From Eledone cirrhosa (Eukaryota), in the NCBI GenBank assembly GCA_964016885.1, contig OZ024740.1, positions 326,678,001-326,742,000 on the forward strand: a stretch of DNA of 64,000 bases. The letters run 5' to 3'. The translations under genes and the position numbers were made by a program. Shown here piece after piece: positions 19,961 to 34,889 of the stretch; the first letter of the stretch is position 1, and every line of letters starts with the position of its first letter. Below the pieces are notes generated by a model. It had not been told where the DNA came from. It searched no databases and worked only from the letters and a program-made list of their open reading frames with translations.

Positions 19961-22128
19961 GCTAACTTAACAGACTACATGTTACAGTAGATAATTGAAG
20001 ATAAGAAAGCTATTAAAATGGTAGAGCATGAGAAATGGCCCAAATGTAGAATTCGCTTTGATCATTTCGGAAGAAATAAAAACAATTTTGGCACAAAGAT
20101 ATTACCAGGAGCGTTTCAATCGACTTTATAACTTTCTTACAATATATGAAAATAATATAAGGAAACTATATACCATAAATTAGCTAAGGCAAAGGGAACT
20201 ATACACAAGGAAATTACTACTGTACTTGTTGAAAGTGAAAAATGTATACGTCAGCGTGAACTGTGGTGATCAAAAACATATTATGAAAAACCCATTACCA
20301 TTGCGCAGGTTTTAATCAGGGACGACCTTGGCATTGAATCAAATGTTGAAGTTTTGATCAATAAAATAGTTTCCAATAAAAATGTGCTCGCACTAATTTA
20401 GAAAATTTTACATTACTCAATTAATCTTCACACCTAATTAAACCCTACCAAGTAATGAAATACATTATAAGCCCCGCTTACTAACTAACAGTTACACCAC
20501 ACATAGTAGCCTGATTCAAATATATAAACAGTTCATATCAAGACAAAAATCACAGCCTGACCAGGCTCATTACAACCAGAACTTCGAAGTCACTCTCAAT
20601 CTTTTTATTTGTAAAATTATATCTATACTCTACCAAGTATTGAATGCTCACTCAATTAATGTTTGACTGTTCTTATGCATGATTATATATAAAACATATC
20701 TATCACATGATTAACTAAATATTAAACTATACAACGGAGTAACTAATTAGTTGACTAATCAACAGAGATAAAAAGTAATTAAATAACTAACTAAACAATT
20801 CATAATTCACCAACGAATATTTTAACCGAGCCATAGTTAGTTTTAAGGGTCTCTTGGCCGTCTTATCTGCTTACACTTCGTCGTATCATACGTTGAACAA
20901 ATATCGTGAGACAATCCAATACTGTTATTTTTCAGCAAGACTATATATATTTAAGCATAGACATTTAAGTACATTTTCACATAGGGAACCATTCACTTAT
21001 GTCTCTCATTGAGTATATAATATCTCTCTTCTATCTCTCTCCACTGTTGTAGATCATTAGCAATCACTACTGCCTTCAGTGGCATTCCGATACCATCCTT
21101 CATGCATTCTTTTGAATGTGTGCATTTACACAACCATCAAAGCTGCCTTTCTTTTTCATCGTCACTAATCTTTCCATATTACTAGCTATACTCTCTTTGG
21201 TAACCGTAATTGTTTCTTACTGAAAAGAACAGGCCAACATAGATGTGAGGTGTGGTCTCTAAAGTGATTAGCTGAAATATACTCGGGGTTTCAATAATCA
21301 TTTTTCTTCAATTTTGATACGTGGCATAATTTCTCTTAAAGTTCCCCCGTAGTCTTTGACTTCGGTGAGTGTTTATACATCATGGCTGGTTTAACCATGC
21401 AATACTGAGGCGTTTAACTTTGCAAAGCAGTATACGCTCTCATACTCCGCCAAAGATAATGGGAAAAGAATAAATCAAGATCTTCAGTTATTTATTCATT
21501 AGTCTAAAGGAATACATTAAATTAAACATCACTTAACAGTAGTATTCTGAGAAGTGTTTCCGTTTATTAGAAAAGACTAAACCACGGAGAGAGAATCATC
21601 CTTCATTGTGTTATATCCAGGTAGTGTCATAGAATGACACAAAGTATTTCTAGCGAATTGGAACGCTCCATTTAAAGAGACAATTTTTTCAGCTGAATCC
21701 TTGACTTCTAAAGCAAAGTTATAGACTCCCATAATTAAAATATTTATCAGCCAGTAGATTAGATCTAGTTCCAGAATTGTTTCAAATTCATCGTTTTTTG
21801 GTCCAAAGTTTACGTTGTTTTATTACACAATGTGGCAAATAAAGAGTTGTCTATTTATTTATCCTACTTTGAAGTAATATTATTTGTCATTCCAACTAAA
21901 CAATCACTGAAGTCCTCTTTGTGGCGCCATACGTTGTCATCTAATACTTTTTGTGATTCTCTTTATAAACAAACCGGATTTATATTATTGCCTGAGATTT
22001 GTTTTGCAATCCATTTATTTTTATATAGTAAATGATAAAAGAAAATCGATTATTACTTAAATATATGGGTTTGAATATGATTTCAATAGCAGAAAAGGAA
22101 AACGGATTATCATTTGTATATATGCATA

Positions 22129-22262
<134 letters not shown>

Positions 22263-22868
22263 GTATATATATATGTATATATATGTGTATATATATATAT
22301 GTGTCCATATTATATATATATACATATGCACATACACACTCACACACACACACACATACCCCCCCACACAGACATATATATATATATAGGAAAGTTGCAT
22401 TTGAAAACAAATATAGAACGAAATACGTGGCAAGAATGTACAAAAGCATCTCACTTCCTTTTCAGCCACTTCTTGGGCAATGCAATTTCGTGCATAAGCT
22501 GAATATGAGACAACATAATAACATAGAATCAGGGAACAACGAGTTAGTGCCCTTCAACTCAGACGGCAAAGTGTGTACGTAATTAAAAGTATTACGACTG
22601 GAAACTGGACAGGTTATGGTGTAGTCAAATTATGCAAATGATAATGCCGGAAGGAAGAAATATAAATAGATTTTCGTCAAAAAAGAGGAGAGTGAGAGAG
22701 AGAGGAGAGAGAGTGTGTGTGTGTGTGTGTGTGCGAGAGAGAAGGAGTGAGAGAGAGTGAGAGAGACTGAGAGAGAGAGAGAGAGAGATAAAGATGGGGT
22801 TGGTAATTAAACAGTTAGTTAATCAAAGAAGAAGCGCATAGCTTTACAGTAGTAATTCATAGCGAGGT

Positions 22869-23110
<242 letters not shown>

Positions 23111-23698
23111 TATAAGGATTTTAGATAGATATCCAGTGATTTCGATTTCGTTGTTTACAATTTGTTCAAAAAATTCATTTGGAGCACATGCATTGGATTA
23201 ATTGTAATACAGCCAGCCCAGCCAGAAGCCTAAAGCTTTGAAAACAGTGTAATTATTGTATCGACAGATTAACAAATGAAAATGAAGTACTCACAATTAT
23301 ATTAATTGAAACACCCAGTATCTCCTAGTTATATATATATATATATATATACCTGGTGAGTAAAATGAAGCGCCTAGTTTCTGGGCGGTCACACTCATGT
23401 TGATAATGTTGATATGGTACCTTGGTGTTCTTAATACCTTTCTTTGTTTGAGGAAATTGATAGCAAACTTTGCAAGCGTATGTGTCACTCTATGCCTGCT
23501 CGTCTGCAATTGTGCATTGATCACGAGGGTGGATACTTTGAAAGTAAAACATCCTGTTACGATTCCTCATTCTCTGAATAAATGGAATAATTTGAAAACA
23601 AATCTTTCATTTATTTCTACCTTCTTGTACAAATGATAAACAAACAACAAAACAAAACAACAAACTGATAGTTCTAAAACAGCTACTTTTGACTCAAC

Positions 23699-23792
<94 letters not shown>

Positions 23793-24537
23793 ATTTGAAT
23801 GGATACAGTTTAGTTGAAAGGAATTTATTGACACGTGTTTCTATAACAGTTACATAACCTAAAACAGCTGCTATCTACAAACTTTTAGTTATGCAGACAT
23901 TCAATATTTCAATGTTATTATTTACTGTCATTTCATCAGAATAATATTACTGAGGACCTATTTAGTTTTTATAGAGAATATTAGGAGGGAGGGGTGAAGT
24001 TGTTAGAAGAATAGTTGAAGGAGTGGTTTTTCGATAGCAGTGAGAATTCTTGGTGGCAGTGAGTAATTAGATTCCCATCTGTTGTTTTGACATTTTTTTT
24101 TTTTTTTAGAATATATTATTGGTTATTTTTCTAAATCTATAGAAGGATTAGAGATAGTAAAGATATGCGTGGTTGGTTTTGTGTTTGCACTTAATTAACA
24201 TTCAGACTTAAATTTTTCTTTCAAGTGTACGTATCCTTTCACCCACGCATTCACACAAATATATTTGCACACCTCTACAAAATACATATACTCACAATTC
24301 ACATATTCATACTTACATATATATATACACATGCATACACATATATATACACACATATATTCATGTACATACTTACGCGCTCATGTGTATACATTTTCAT
24401 ACTCAACTTATCTTTATATACACACGTATAGACACACACATATATACATACTTACTCTAGTCCATGTGTACACACATACACATACATACACATCCATATA
24501 CACATATATACATACACATACATATACATACATATAT

Positions 24538-24652
<115 letters not shown>

Positions 24653-24896
24653 TATATATATATATATACACATATATATATATATATACATATACACATA
24701 TATATATACATATATATATACATATATATATATAAGCACTTTAATACATGAATACACTTACATCTAACTATACACATCAAACATATATATATTTACTTAT
24801 TTATATACATTTTCACATATATATACATACTTATGGACGTTTTTAGACACATTCATTATCGCATATTTGCACCTATTCTCATCGGCATATCTTTCC

Positions 24897-24967
<71 letters not shown>

Positions 24968-25160
24968 ACTAAAGACAGAGGTTATTAAAATAGTAAAAGT
25001 AAATAGTACATGTACGTCAATACTCATCTTTTTCCATTTCTCCGAGGGTTCTTAACCCCACTATCAGGCTAAATAATTTCTTTAATTTCTTCAGTCAAAA
25101 TACGGCGATAGCTTACATTTCTAATAATTTCAAACCCACTCGCTGTTTCGAAAATATTAT

Positions 25161-25213
<53 letters not shown>

Positions 25214-25273
25214 TATGTATGATAGGTGGAAATGTAGCGAGCGGGCGTTTTTAGTAAACTCACAATCTGCCAC

Positions 25274-25343
<70 letters not shown>

Positions 25344-25351
25344 TATATATA

Positions 25352-25790
25352 CTAGCAGAGGTACCCGGCGTTGCTCGGGTATTAAATAGCAGTTGTTTAT
25401 ACCCCATTTATATCAATGCTTCAGTGCTGCTTTGAAAACAATACTTTTACAAAATCATCGGCTTTTTCCAAAAGGGGCTTCCTGCCCCCAGGGGTCCCCT
25501 ACTAAATATGTGCCAATTCTGAGAGTTCACTTTCATCTGTTGGATAAACGTAGCCCATGTGTCAAGTTTTGTGAAAATCGGTTGCGAACTCCAGAAGTTA
25601 TGACGTTTTGTTGCATTGCACTGCAGTGCTTCAGTCGAATCCAAGGAAGTGGTTAAAGGGGGTTATCTGCCGGGAGGCCCTATAATCAATATCTGGAAAA
25701 ATGAATGTGCCTATGACCATTCGGAGTACATAAGTAACCTATGTCTTAAGTTTGGTGAAAATACTGTAGAAATGCATAAGGTTTATACAT
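25352..25790 (-). mobile_element. Non-autonomous Helitron, 3' part
   Basis: a|ctagcagaggtacccggcgttgctcggg has the same terminal hairpin and CTAG as 14047. The 5' end was not located. Confidence 0.6.
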
Positions 25791-26314
25791 ACGCGCGCGC
25801 GCGTGTGTGTTTGTGGGTGTGTATGTATTTGTGTGTGCGTATGTATGTGTATGTCCGTCGGGGCATACGTATGTACTGGCCTAAATCTTCACTATTTACT
25901 TTTACTATTTTAATAACCTCTGTCCTTTTCGTTTTCAATTTTATTTACATCATTCTTAAACTCCGGGACTGGAAATCATTCTGTTATTTTAAATAGAATA
26001 TTAGTCTAACGACTCCATTTACACCATAAACTTGGTCTTGTTTTTCCATGAAATTGTTCTTCTCGGTCCACATAACGACGTGTTATCCTCGCTTTTTTTC
26101 CGATCATTACCAGGGAACGTCTTCACGAACCAAAATATCGTCTTCCTGTTTTCCTTCGGTTGCAACGTTTCTCGAAATAATTACTTCTGCGTTCACAGAT
26201 TAAATTTTTTAGTTTCAGAAGATCCCGTTAATGTTGAAAGCATCGATTCTTTGCTTAAACTTTAATCTGTTCTTATAACATATATATATATATTAAACTT
26301 TAATCTGTTCTTAT

Positions 26315-26407
<93 letters not shown>

Positions 26408-26425
26408 CTTTAATCTGTTATTTTA

Positions 26426-26461
<36 letters not shown>

Positions 26462-26484
26462 AGAGAGAGAGAGAGAGAGGGAGA

Positions 26485-26519
<35 letters not shown>

Positions 26520-26812
26520 AGAGAGAGAGAGAGAGAAAGAGATGCTTTGTACGGCTTTAGGAGGATGGAGTGACTAGCAGTACGTTGTTCGGTATTATTA
26601 CGAAAAGGTGTAGCAGAGAATCCCGTGTGATCTAACAGTTCGGGAGGAAACTGCTTACCTCGAAGATTCATTCGCCATTATTCTTGCCAACGCTCCGTTT
26701 ACTTGGTATTTGTTGGTCTACAGTTAGATGAATGGCGCACAAAGGGTTAATGTTTATTGGCAAGAAGTTTTTTGAATAATAAAAGACGGGTTAAAGCGAC
26801 CTACAATGTATC

Positions 26813-26861
<49 letters not shown>

Positions 26862-27449
26862 AATTTATGTTGGTTGTATACCAACACCTCAGTATGCAGG
26901 CTGGAGCACTCGACGAAGTGCGCAGGTTGGTTTGGTTGCTCCGGAGTAGTGTAAAATAAAGTTAAATAAAAAGTCAAATGATTAAAATTTAGCTTCGTTT
27001 ATTACTGCTATATATATTTCAGTGACAGCCATCTTTGGCTGTGACCTCTTCAGGCAGTTTGAATTAGTATGGTATAGACAAGTACATATGTTGTTGAGGT
27101 GTATAATATTGTCAATACTCTGATATGCCCAGTTCCTGGTTGGGTTGTTATTTCACTGAGGAACTGGAATCATATGAATTCAAACAAACGTCTTTCAGTG
27201 TCAAAGGTCCTCTTCTCCTCTCATTGGTCAGTTATTAGAACATTCCTCATTCTAAGTGTTGCTATTGTTGGAGTTAGCTTAAAAAATTGATAAAATGGCA
27301 AGAAGGGACAAGGTGTTAAAGGAATAAAATAACAAAAATAGTGTCATACTTCCCATTGGTCAGTTCTGAGAGCATTCCTCAGTCAGAAGTCTATAGAATT
27401 CTTTCTGGGGTGAGGCTCCCTGTAGTGTTTTTGTTTGCTATTGTTAAGT

Positions 27450-29846
27450 CAGGAGTACCTCAGACACCTGAGAAACCGGATTACAGTACTTAAAGGGACA
27501 ACTGGAATACTTGTCCATGCTGACAAAACAAACAACCTCTACAACATGAACACTGAACTGTACAATAAGATAATCCTCAGGGAACTGAGGAAGTGCTACA
27601 AAAAAACACCTGGATTTACCCTGGATGAGATCAATGCCACAGCTTACAGGATTATATCCAGAATCGGCATAGAGGACAGGACGGCCCCATACCAACCAAG
27701 GGAGCCGCAGATTATCCTTAAAGACCACAAGCCAAACTTTAAGTCCGGCCTCCCTGTCAGACTAATAGCCCCTCCAGATCTGACCTAGGGATCGTCAGTA
27801 AAAGAATACTGGATAGGATTTTGCCCAAGCTTCGGAAGAAAACTAAATTACAGCAATGGTCATGCACGGGAGAAATAATAGAATGGTTTAAAATACTGCA
27901 TGAGAAAAGTAGGACCAGCTTTATACAACTAGACATCGAAAGCTACTACTCCTCAATCTCACCCATAGTACTTAATAAGGCCCTATTTTTAGCGATGTCC
28001 AATACGGACCTAACCCGAGAGGAGGTGAGCATCATCTACGCCGCAAGAAAGACCTTAATCCGCTTCGATGGAGACCTTTGGACCAGGAGTGATTGGCCAA
28101 ATAACTTTGACATCACGATGGGCTCCAGCGACTCAGAGCAGGTAACGGACCTGGTTGGGCTCTACCTGCTGAAGCAGATAAAAGATGAAATCCCCTGCCT
28201 GGGCGGCGGATTATATCGTGACGATGCTCTATTCACAGTATATGACCACAGCACCAATATGTTGGAGGGTATGAGGAGGCGTATTCGCCATTTCTTTAAG
28301 AACCAGGGGCTCAGCATAGAAATAGACCCAAATAGGAATGTAGTTAACTTCCTAGACACCACCCTAAACCTGAACACTGAGCAATACTACCCCTACCACA
28401 AGCCCAACGAGAAACTCGTATATGTTAACGCCAAATCAAACCACCCTAGATCCATAACCAAGGCAGTGGTGAAGAGTGTCTCGGACAGGATCTCCAGCCT
28501 GTCCGCAAGTAAGGAAATATTCAATAACCACGCGGAATATTACAACGCAGCTCTAAAGAAGGCGGCACATGGCCAAAATATAACATATAGTCCGAAAAGC
28601 CGAGATGGGGATAGCCCAACAGACACCCACAACCGCGTTGCCCGGGGGGGGGCGAATCCTAACAATACAGGCAGAGCAGAATCAAATAGGCACCATGTGC
28701 CCGACACCCCACACGGGCGGTGGGGACTAGTGCGCTTGACCACGAGATGGAGCACAATATGAGTAGCAGTCTCAGGCGTGACGCTAACCACCCCAGGATA
28801 GACGACCCCAACCTCAGGACACGTAGGGGTGGGGGAGGAAACGAGCGACCACCCCACGATGGATCTCCCGGGGCGGACAACGACCACCCCACAAATTCGG
28901 GCCGCGAAGATAACAAAAAGCATAGAGCCCAAAGGGGAAGCAACAGTGCGGAAACCACCAGCAACCCAACAAATCTCCAACAAATCACGACGCTCCCGAC
29001 CCACACATATAGGAGGAGACACCGAAAAATCACGCGGTACAACCCACCCTACTCAGCGGCCCTAAAGAAAAGCTTGGCCCGATAATTCTTTGGAGCACTT
29101 GACAAATGCTTCCCGAGGGACCACAGATACCACAGGATCTTCAACAGACACACTGTGAAGCTCTCATATTCCACCACGAGAAATTTGGCCTAACACATAG
29201 CTAGCATCAACAGAAGTAGGCTTAAAAACCACACACAACCAGAATATGGCAATACAAACACTCAGCAGAACCATGTGAAAGGAGGGAAGGGGGGGGGGGA
29301 CCCAGAGCCCACCCAAGAAACGAAAACAGACCCGAGGACCCCCCACCGAGCCCGGGGGAAGACCAACATGTAACACATTACGGGAACCCTAATCTAGGCA
29401 CGCAGAGGCCGACCACCCTCTGCAACTGCAGAAACCCCGAATCATGCCCCCTTGGTAATGAATGCCTCAAGAAGAACCTAGTATACGGTTGTAGGTTTAA
29501 AACCCCCAACTCCGAACACCTCTACATAGGAGCCACATCAACGAGCTTTAAAGACCGCTGGTACAACCATCGCCATTCATTCAAGAAGGAGGCCAAAAGG
29601 AAAAGCACAGCTCTCTCCGACCTGATCTGGAAGCTTAAGCTGGACAGGACCCCATACTCTCTGGCCTGGTACATAATCAGGAAAGTACCACCCGATAAAG
29701 GGGGATCTTGCATATGCAAACTATGCCTGAACGAGACCCTCGAGATACTAAGAGGTGGAAGCGGTCTGATAAACCTCAGAACCGATTTCTTCGGGACATG
29801 CAGACACCTTAGAGCCGGGACCTTTCTCAAGATATATGGACAGTAG
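27450..29846 (+). pseudogene. Penelope-type reverse transcriptase + GIY-YIG endonuclease (frameshifted, 5'-truncated)
   Basis: ADKTNNLY, LKDHKPNF, PVRLI, DIESYYSSI, MGSSDS, YRDDAL, NFLD, SNHP; then CNCR..CPL..CL..LVY..YIG, CKLCLNE. Confidence 0.93.
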
Positions 29847-31055
29847 CAACACAAGAAGATGTGAACTCCCCTCAAGCTATAGGGACTTCTACAGAACATG
29901 AAAACACCTCTCGGCCAGACCTCCCTCAAGCTATATGGGCAGTAACAACACCCTAGGTTGTGAACTCCCCTCAAGCCATAGGGAACAACCCAGGCTGAGC
30001 AGACACCATGATAGCCTAGAGATAGAATCGGACACAGCCATTATAATTTGGCCAACATCTATATAACACAAATACTTTTTAATTTACTAGATTTCTGATT
30101 TTCAAGTTCCAATTTTAAATCTTGATTTCTCTTTATTAATTTGTTATTTGTTTTCTGCCCTCTTCACTGTATCAGCTTATATTTATTTTAAAGTTGAGAT
30201 TGATTATAACACAAACACTTTTAGTTTGATTATCTTAATCTTAACATCTTGTCCTCATACCAATCTATCCAACATATTTCTGACCTTGAGATTGGTTATA
30301 GCACACACACACTTTATCCTACATTATTTTTCACTTCTCCATATTCATTTTCATTACTTTTTCACCAATTTTTCATTTATTCTTTATTCTTTATTCTCTA
30401 TTTATTTATTTATTTTCAAATTATACAAATTATATTAATTATTTTATATTATTTATTTATTTTCTGTTTTCTTCATTTATTGCCTTATATTTCTTCATAT
30501 ACATGGAAGACCCCCCCCCCCCCTCCACCACCACTATGAGAGATGGTGGCAGGAGGGATGAAGAAAAAACACACACTGGATACTTCTAAATTGTTAGCAG
30601 CAGCAAGATATAAGCTGACCACAACACCAACAACACTACCAAAATAATGGTAGAGGTCAAATGTACTTAACAATAGCAAACAAAAACATTACAGGGAGCC
30701 TCACCCCCAGAAAGAATTCTATAGACTTCTGACTGAGGAATGCTCTCAGAACTGACCAATGGGAAGTTTGACACTTTTTTTGTTATTTTGTTCCTTTAAC
30801 ACCTTGTCCCTTCTACCATTTTATCAATTTTTTAAGCTAACTCCAACAATAACAACACTTAGAATGAGGAATGTTCTAATAACTGACCAATGAGAGGAGA
30901 AGAGGACATTTGACACTGAAATTCGTTTGTTTGAATTCATATGATTCCAGTTCCTCAGTGAATTAACAACCCAACCAGGAACTGGGCATATCAGAGTATT
31001 GACAATATTATACACCTCAACAACATATGTACTTGTCTATACCATACTAATTCAA

Positions 31056-31110
31056 ACTGCCTGAAGAGGTCACAGCCAAAGATGGCTGTCACTGAAATAT
31101 ATATAGCAGT
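31056..31110 (+). ncRNA. Type I hammerhead ribozyme of element A (minus-strand copies at 27004-27058 and 34931-34985)
   Basis: actgc-CTGAAGA-ggtcacagcc..ggctgtcact-GAAA-tatata-TA-gcagt. Confidence 0.9.
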
Positions 31111-31151
31111 AATAAACGAAGCTAAATTTTAATCATTTGACTTTTTATTTA

Positions 31152-31200
<49 letters not shown>

Positions 31201-32318
31201 AGATCAAAATATGGTTAAAGGAGTTCCATATATTTTATTATGCGCATTTCAAAAACAAACATCATCATGCAATAATATTTGTGTTTTCATCAGATAAAAC
31301 AGGAGAACATGATATGAAGGCTAAAAAACACTTGTGGATAGTGCAGTTTTAAATCAACATATGAAAAGTGGTTTTAGATTGATGTGTGATATTGGGAAAA
31401 ATATTTTATTTAGAGAGGGGGGGGGGGGAAGGATGAAAAGGGAAGGAGATGAGAGGGAGAGATGGGTGATAGAGAGAAAGAGATAGTTTTTATAACTGAG
31501 AGGAGATATCTTTTTTACATAGAGAGGTTGAAAACCGTTGGAAGATACTGTATAAATTAAAAATTTTGAAAATTAACGAAGGGAGGATATGTGCGAGGAA
31601 AAAATATTTTATTTAGGGAGGGTGGGGTGGGGTGGGGTGGAAAGGATGAAAAAAAGGGGGAGGAGATGAGAGTGAAGGTGGAGAGGGAGAGATGGGTGAT
31701 AGAGAGAAAGAGATAGTTTTTATAACTGAGAAAAAGATATATTGTTTTAATATAGAGAGGTTGGGAACCGTTGGAAGATAATGTATAAATTAAAGGAATT
31801 TGAAAATTAACGAAGGGAAATTATGTATGAAGATAGAGAGAAAAAAATAATAATTGTGGGTGAATATTCTAACGTCAAAAAAAGAAATGTATGTATTGTG
31901 GCAATTTCAAAATTAACGAAGAGAAAAATTGTTAAGGTTTGTGTGTAGAAGGATTTGAGAAAAATAATGTGAAGTTAAAGTTTGTATATTGATTGAATTG
32001 ATAATATATGCGAATAAAGAGTTAATATGTATTAATAATGAGTTCGTTGATGGGGAGAAAAAAATAATAATAAATTAAGGATGAAATTGAGATTAAAAAG
32101 ATTTATGATAGAGAGAAAAAATAATAATGATTGCGGATGAATATTCTGATGTCAAAACAAATGTTATGATTTTACAAGAAGATAGAATGAGGGTAATGAG
32201 TAAACGAGTATTATAGAGTGTATAATGCCCTTTAAAGTAAGGTAGATGGGTATATTTTAAAGAGGTGTATGTATATGTGCCTTTGAGAAAAGATTCTAAA
32301 TTGATAAAGAATTGAATA

Positions 32319-33596
32319 TTAACTGTATACTTTGTGAAAATTTCTATGGAATTTATGCAGGCAGATAGAAAACAAATCTGTGCGTCTATTTATTATAGAA
32401 TCTAGGTTAGAGATAATGGTAAATTTTTCATTTAGGCAGAGATTACAGATTTTAGATAGAGAGCTGTTCAAGTATGAGGATGCAGAAGAAATCTTCTTCC
32501 AAAAGATGGTATATTTAATGTTTTTGTCTTTTAAGGACCATATGAGTTCTGAGAGAGCAGTGTTAGTTCTTTTAAGTTTGTATTTGAAAGATGAATGATG
32601 ATTATAGAGACGAGCTTTAAAAGAGGTGGAAGTGGATCCAAAATAGGTGAAGGAATTGGTGCTAGTTATAATTTTACATTCATAAATTAAGTTTTTATCG
32701 AGACAATGGTTGTTGAGAGGACATTTATTTTTAATGCGGCAGTTGCAATTAGAGAGATTATTAATGAGTGATCTAGTGTTATCTATAGAAGGAATTGGAT
32801 TGGAGAAGTTGTTTGCGATAGGAATAATAGGAATAATAGTTTCTTGATTTAGAGTTGGATTATGAACATTTAGCGAAGTTGTGTTTGACGTTGTATTTGG
32901 GTTTACAGAAGTTAGCCTAGGGTTTACAATGACGTCGGGAGTACTATTACTGTTATTATGAAATTCAATATTGGAAGGAAGAGATTTAGTATTTAGTATT
33001 TTATTGTTGTGTTTAGAGATGATGTTGGAAATATTGGAGGATGTAGAATACGAAAATTTGATGGTGTGTTTGTTAAATATTTTACTATAGATATGTGAGG
33101 GAGGGAAGCATTTATTTAAGGCACTAAAAAATAATTTAGGAATATTGTTATTAATAGAGATGGAGAAAGGAGCATTATACCAGATTATGTTTTTGTATCT
33201 AGGTCTTTTATTAAAATTATTGGAATGGTCATGATTAATTATTCTACTGTAAGTTTTTCTAGAATTTGTTTCTTTATTATATTTGATTTTATCTGGATAG
33301 CCGGCTTTAGAAAGTGCGTTATTATAGTAATTGGCGTTAGCATCAAAGTTGTTTTTATTAGGAGATATGTTAGATATTCTATTTCCAATATTATTAACTA
33401 TAGCATTCTTGATATTGGTAGGATGGTTAGATTTAAAGTTAACATAATTAAGGTTCTCATTGTTTTTATGGTAAGGGTAATATAGGCCAGTGTCAAGATT
33501 AAGAGATACATCCAAGAAATTAGCTAGATTGATACTATTATCAAATTCAATTTTTAGGTTATGTTGGTTAAAGAGATTACGTATATTGTTCTTGAA
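32319..33596 (-). pseudogene. 5'-truncated Penelope RT C-terminus + GIY-YIG, open frame
   Basis: NFLDVSLNL, PYHK, SNHP, IIWYNAPFS, CNCRIKNKCPL..CL..LIY..YFG, CNLCLNEK. Confidence 0.92.
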
Positions 33597-34745
33597 CAGC
33601 TCTCTATCTAAAATCTGTAATCTCTGCCTAAATGAAAAATTTACCATTATCTCTAACCTAGATTCTATAATAAATAGACGCACAGATTTGTTTTCTATCT
33701 GCCTGCATAAATTCCATAGAACTTTTCACAAAGTATACAGTTAATATTCAATTCTTTATCAATTTAGAATCTTTTCTCAAAGGCACATATACATACACCT
33801 CTTTAAAATATACCCATCTACCTTACTTTAAAGGGCATTATACACTCTATAATACTCGTTTACTCATTACCCTCATTCTATCTTCTTGTAAAATCATAAC
33901 ATTTGTTTTGACATTAGAATATTCATCCGCAATCATTATTATTTTTTCTCTCTATCATAAATCTTTTTAATCTCAATTTCATCCTTAATTTATTATTATT
34001 TTTTTCTCCCCATCAACGAACTCATTATTAATACATATTAACTCTTTATTCGCATATATTATCAATTCAATCAATATACAAACTTTAACTTCACATTATT
34101 TTTCTCAAATCCTTCTACACACAAACCTTAACAATTTTTCTCTTCGTTAATTTTGAAATTGCCACAATACATACATTTCTTTTTTTGACGTTAGAATATT
34201 CACCCACAATTATTATTTTTTTCTCTCTATCTTCATACATAATTTCCCTTCGATAATTTTCAAATTCCTTTAATTTATACATTATCTTCCAACGGTTCCC
34301 AACCTCTCTATATTAAAACAATATATCTTTTTCTCAGTTATAAAAACTATCTCTTTCTCTCTATCACCCATCTCTCCCTCTCCACCTTCACTCTCATCTC
34401 CTCCCCCTTTTTTTCATCCTTTCCACCCCCCCTCCCTAAATAAAATATTTTTTCCTCGCACATATCCTCCCTTCGTTAATTTTCAAAATTTTTAATTTAT
34501 ACAGTATCTTCCAACGGTTTTCAACCTCTCTATGTAAAAAAGATATCTCCTCTCAGTTATAAAAACTATCTCTTTCTCTCTATCACCCATCTCTCCCTCT
34601 CATCTCCTTCCCTTTTCATCCTCCCCCCCCTCTCTAAATAAAATATTTTTCCCAATATCACACATCAATCTAAAACCACTTTTCATATGTTGATTTAAAA
34701 CTGCACTATCCACAAGTGTTTTTTAGCCTTCATATCATGTTCTCC

Positions 34746-34816
34746 TGTTTTATCTGATGAAAACACAAATATTATTGCATGATGATGTTTGTTTTTGAAA
34801 TGCGCATAATAAAATA
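34746..34816 (+). ncRNA. Type I hammerhead ribozyme of element B (minus-strand copy at 31231-31301)
   Basis: tgttttat-CTGATGA-[long stem II]-GAAA-tgcgca-TA-ataaaata. Confidence 0.85.
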
Positions 34817-34846
34817 TATGGAACTCCTTTAACCATCTTTTGATCT

Positions 34847-34884
<38 letters not shown>

Positions 34885-34889
<5 letters not shown>

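Larger units (their letters stand above)
26858..31157 (+). mobile_element. Penelope-like element A (Naiad-like, GC-rich) with inverted pLTR arm
   Basis: ~26955-27449 is the reverse complement of ~30665-31157. RT and GIY-YIG in the body. HHR in the pLTR. (TA)n flanks. Confidence 0.92.
31197..34855. mobile_element. Penelope-like element B (Naiad-like, AT-rich): body on - (31197-33596), inverted 3' arm on + (33591-34855)
   Basis: RT thumb and GIY-YIG on the minus strand. 33591-34855 is the reverse complement of 31197-32472. Confidence 0.9.

Noticed and set aside
20050-21800. Possible ancient LINE remnant
   Set aside because: No motif could be translated convincingly.
29400-29846. Selenocysteine (UGA) recoding, reported for some Naiad elements
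   Set aside because: The conserved endonuclease cysteines here are ordinary TGY codons; I saw no in-frame TGA at those positions.
33597-33683. N-terminus of the 454-aa ORF 32319..33683
   Set aside because: It is antisense read-through across the inversion junction, not a real start.
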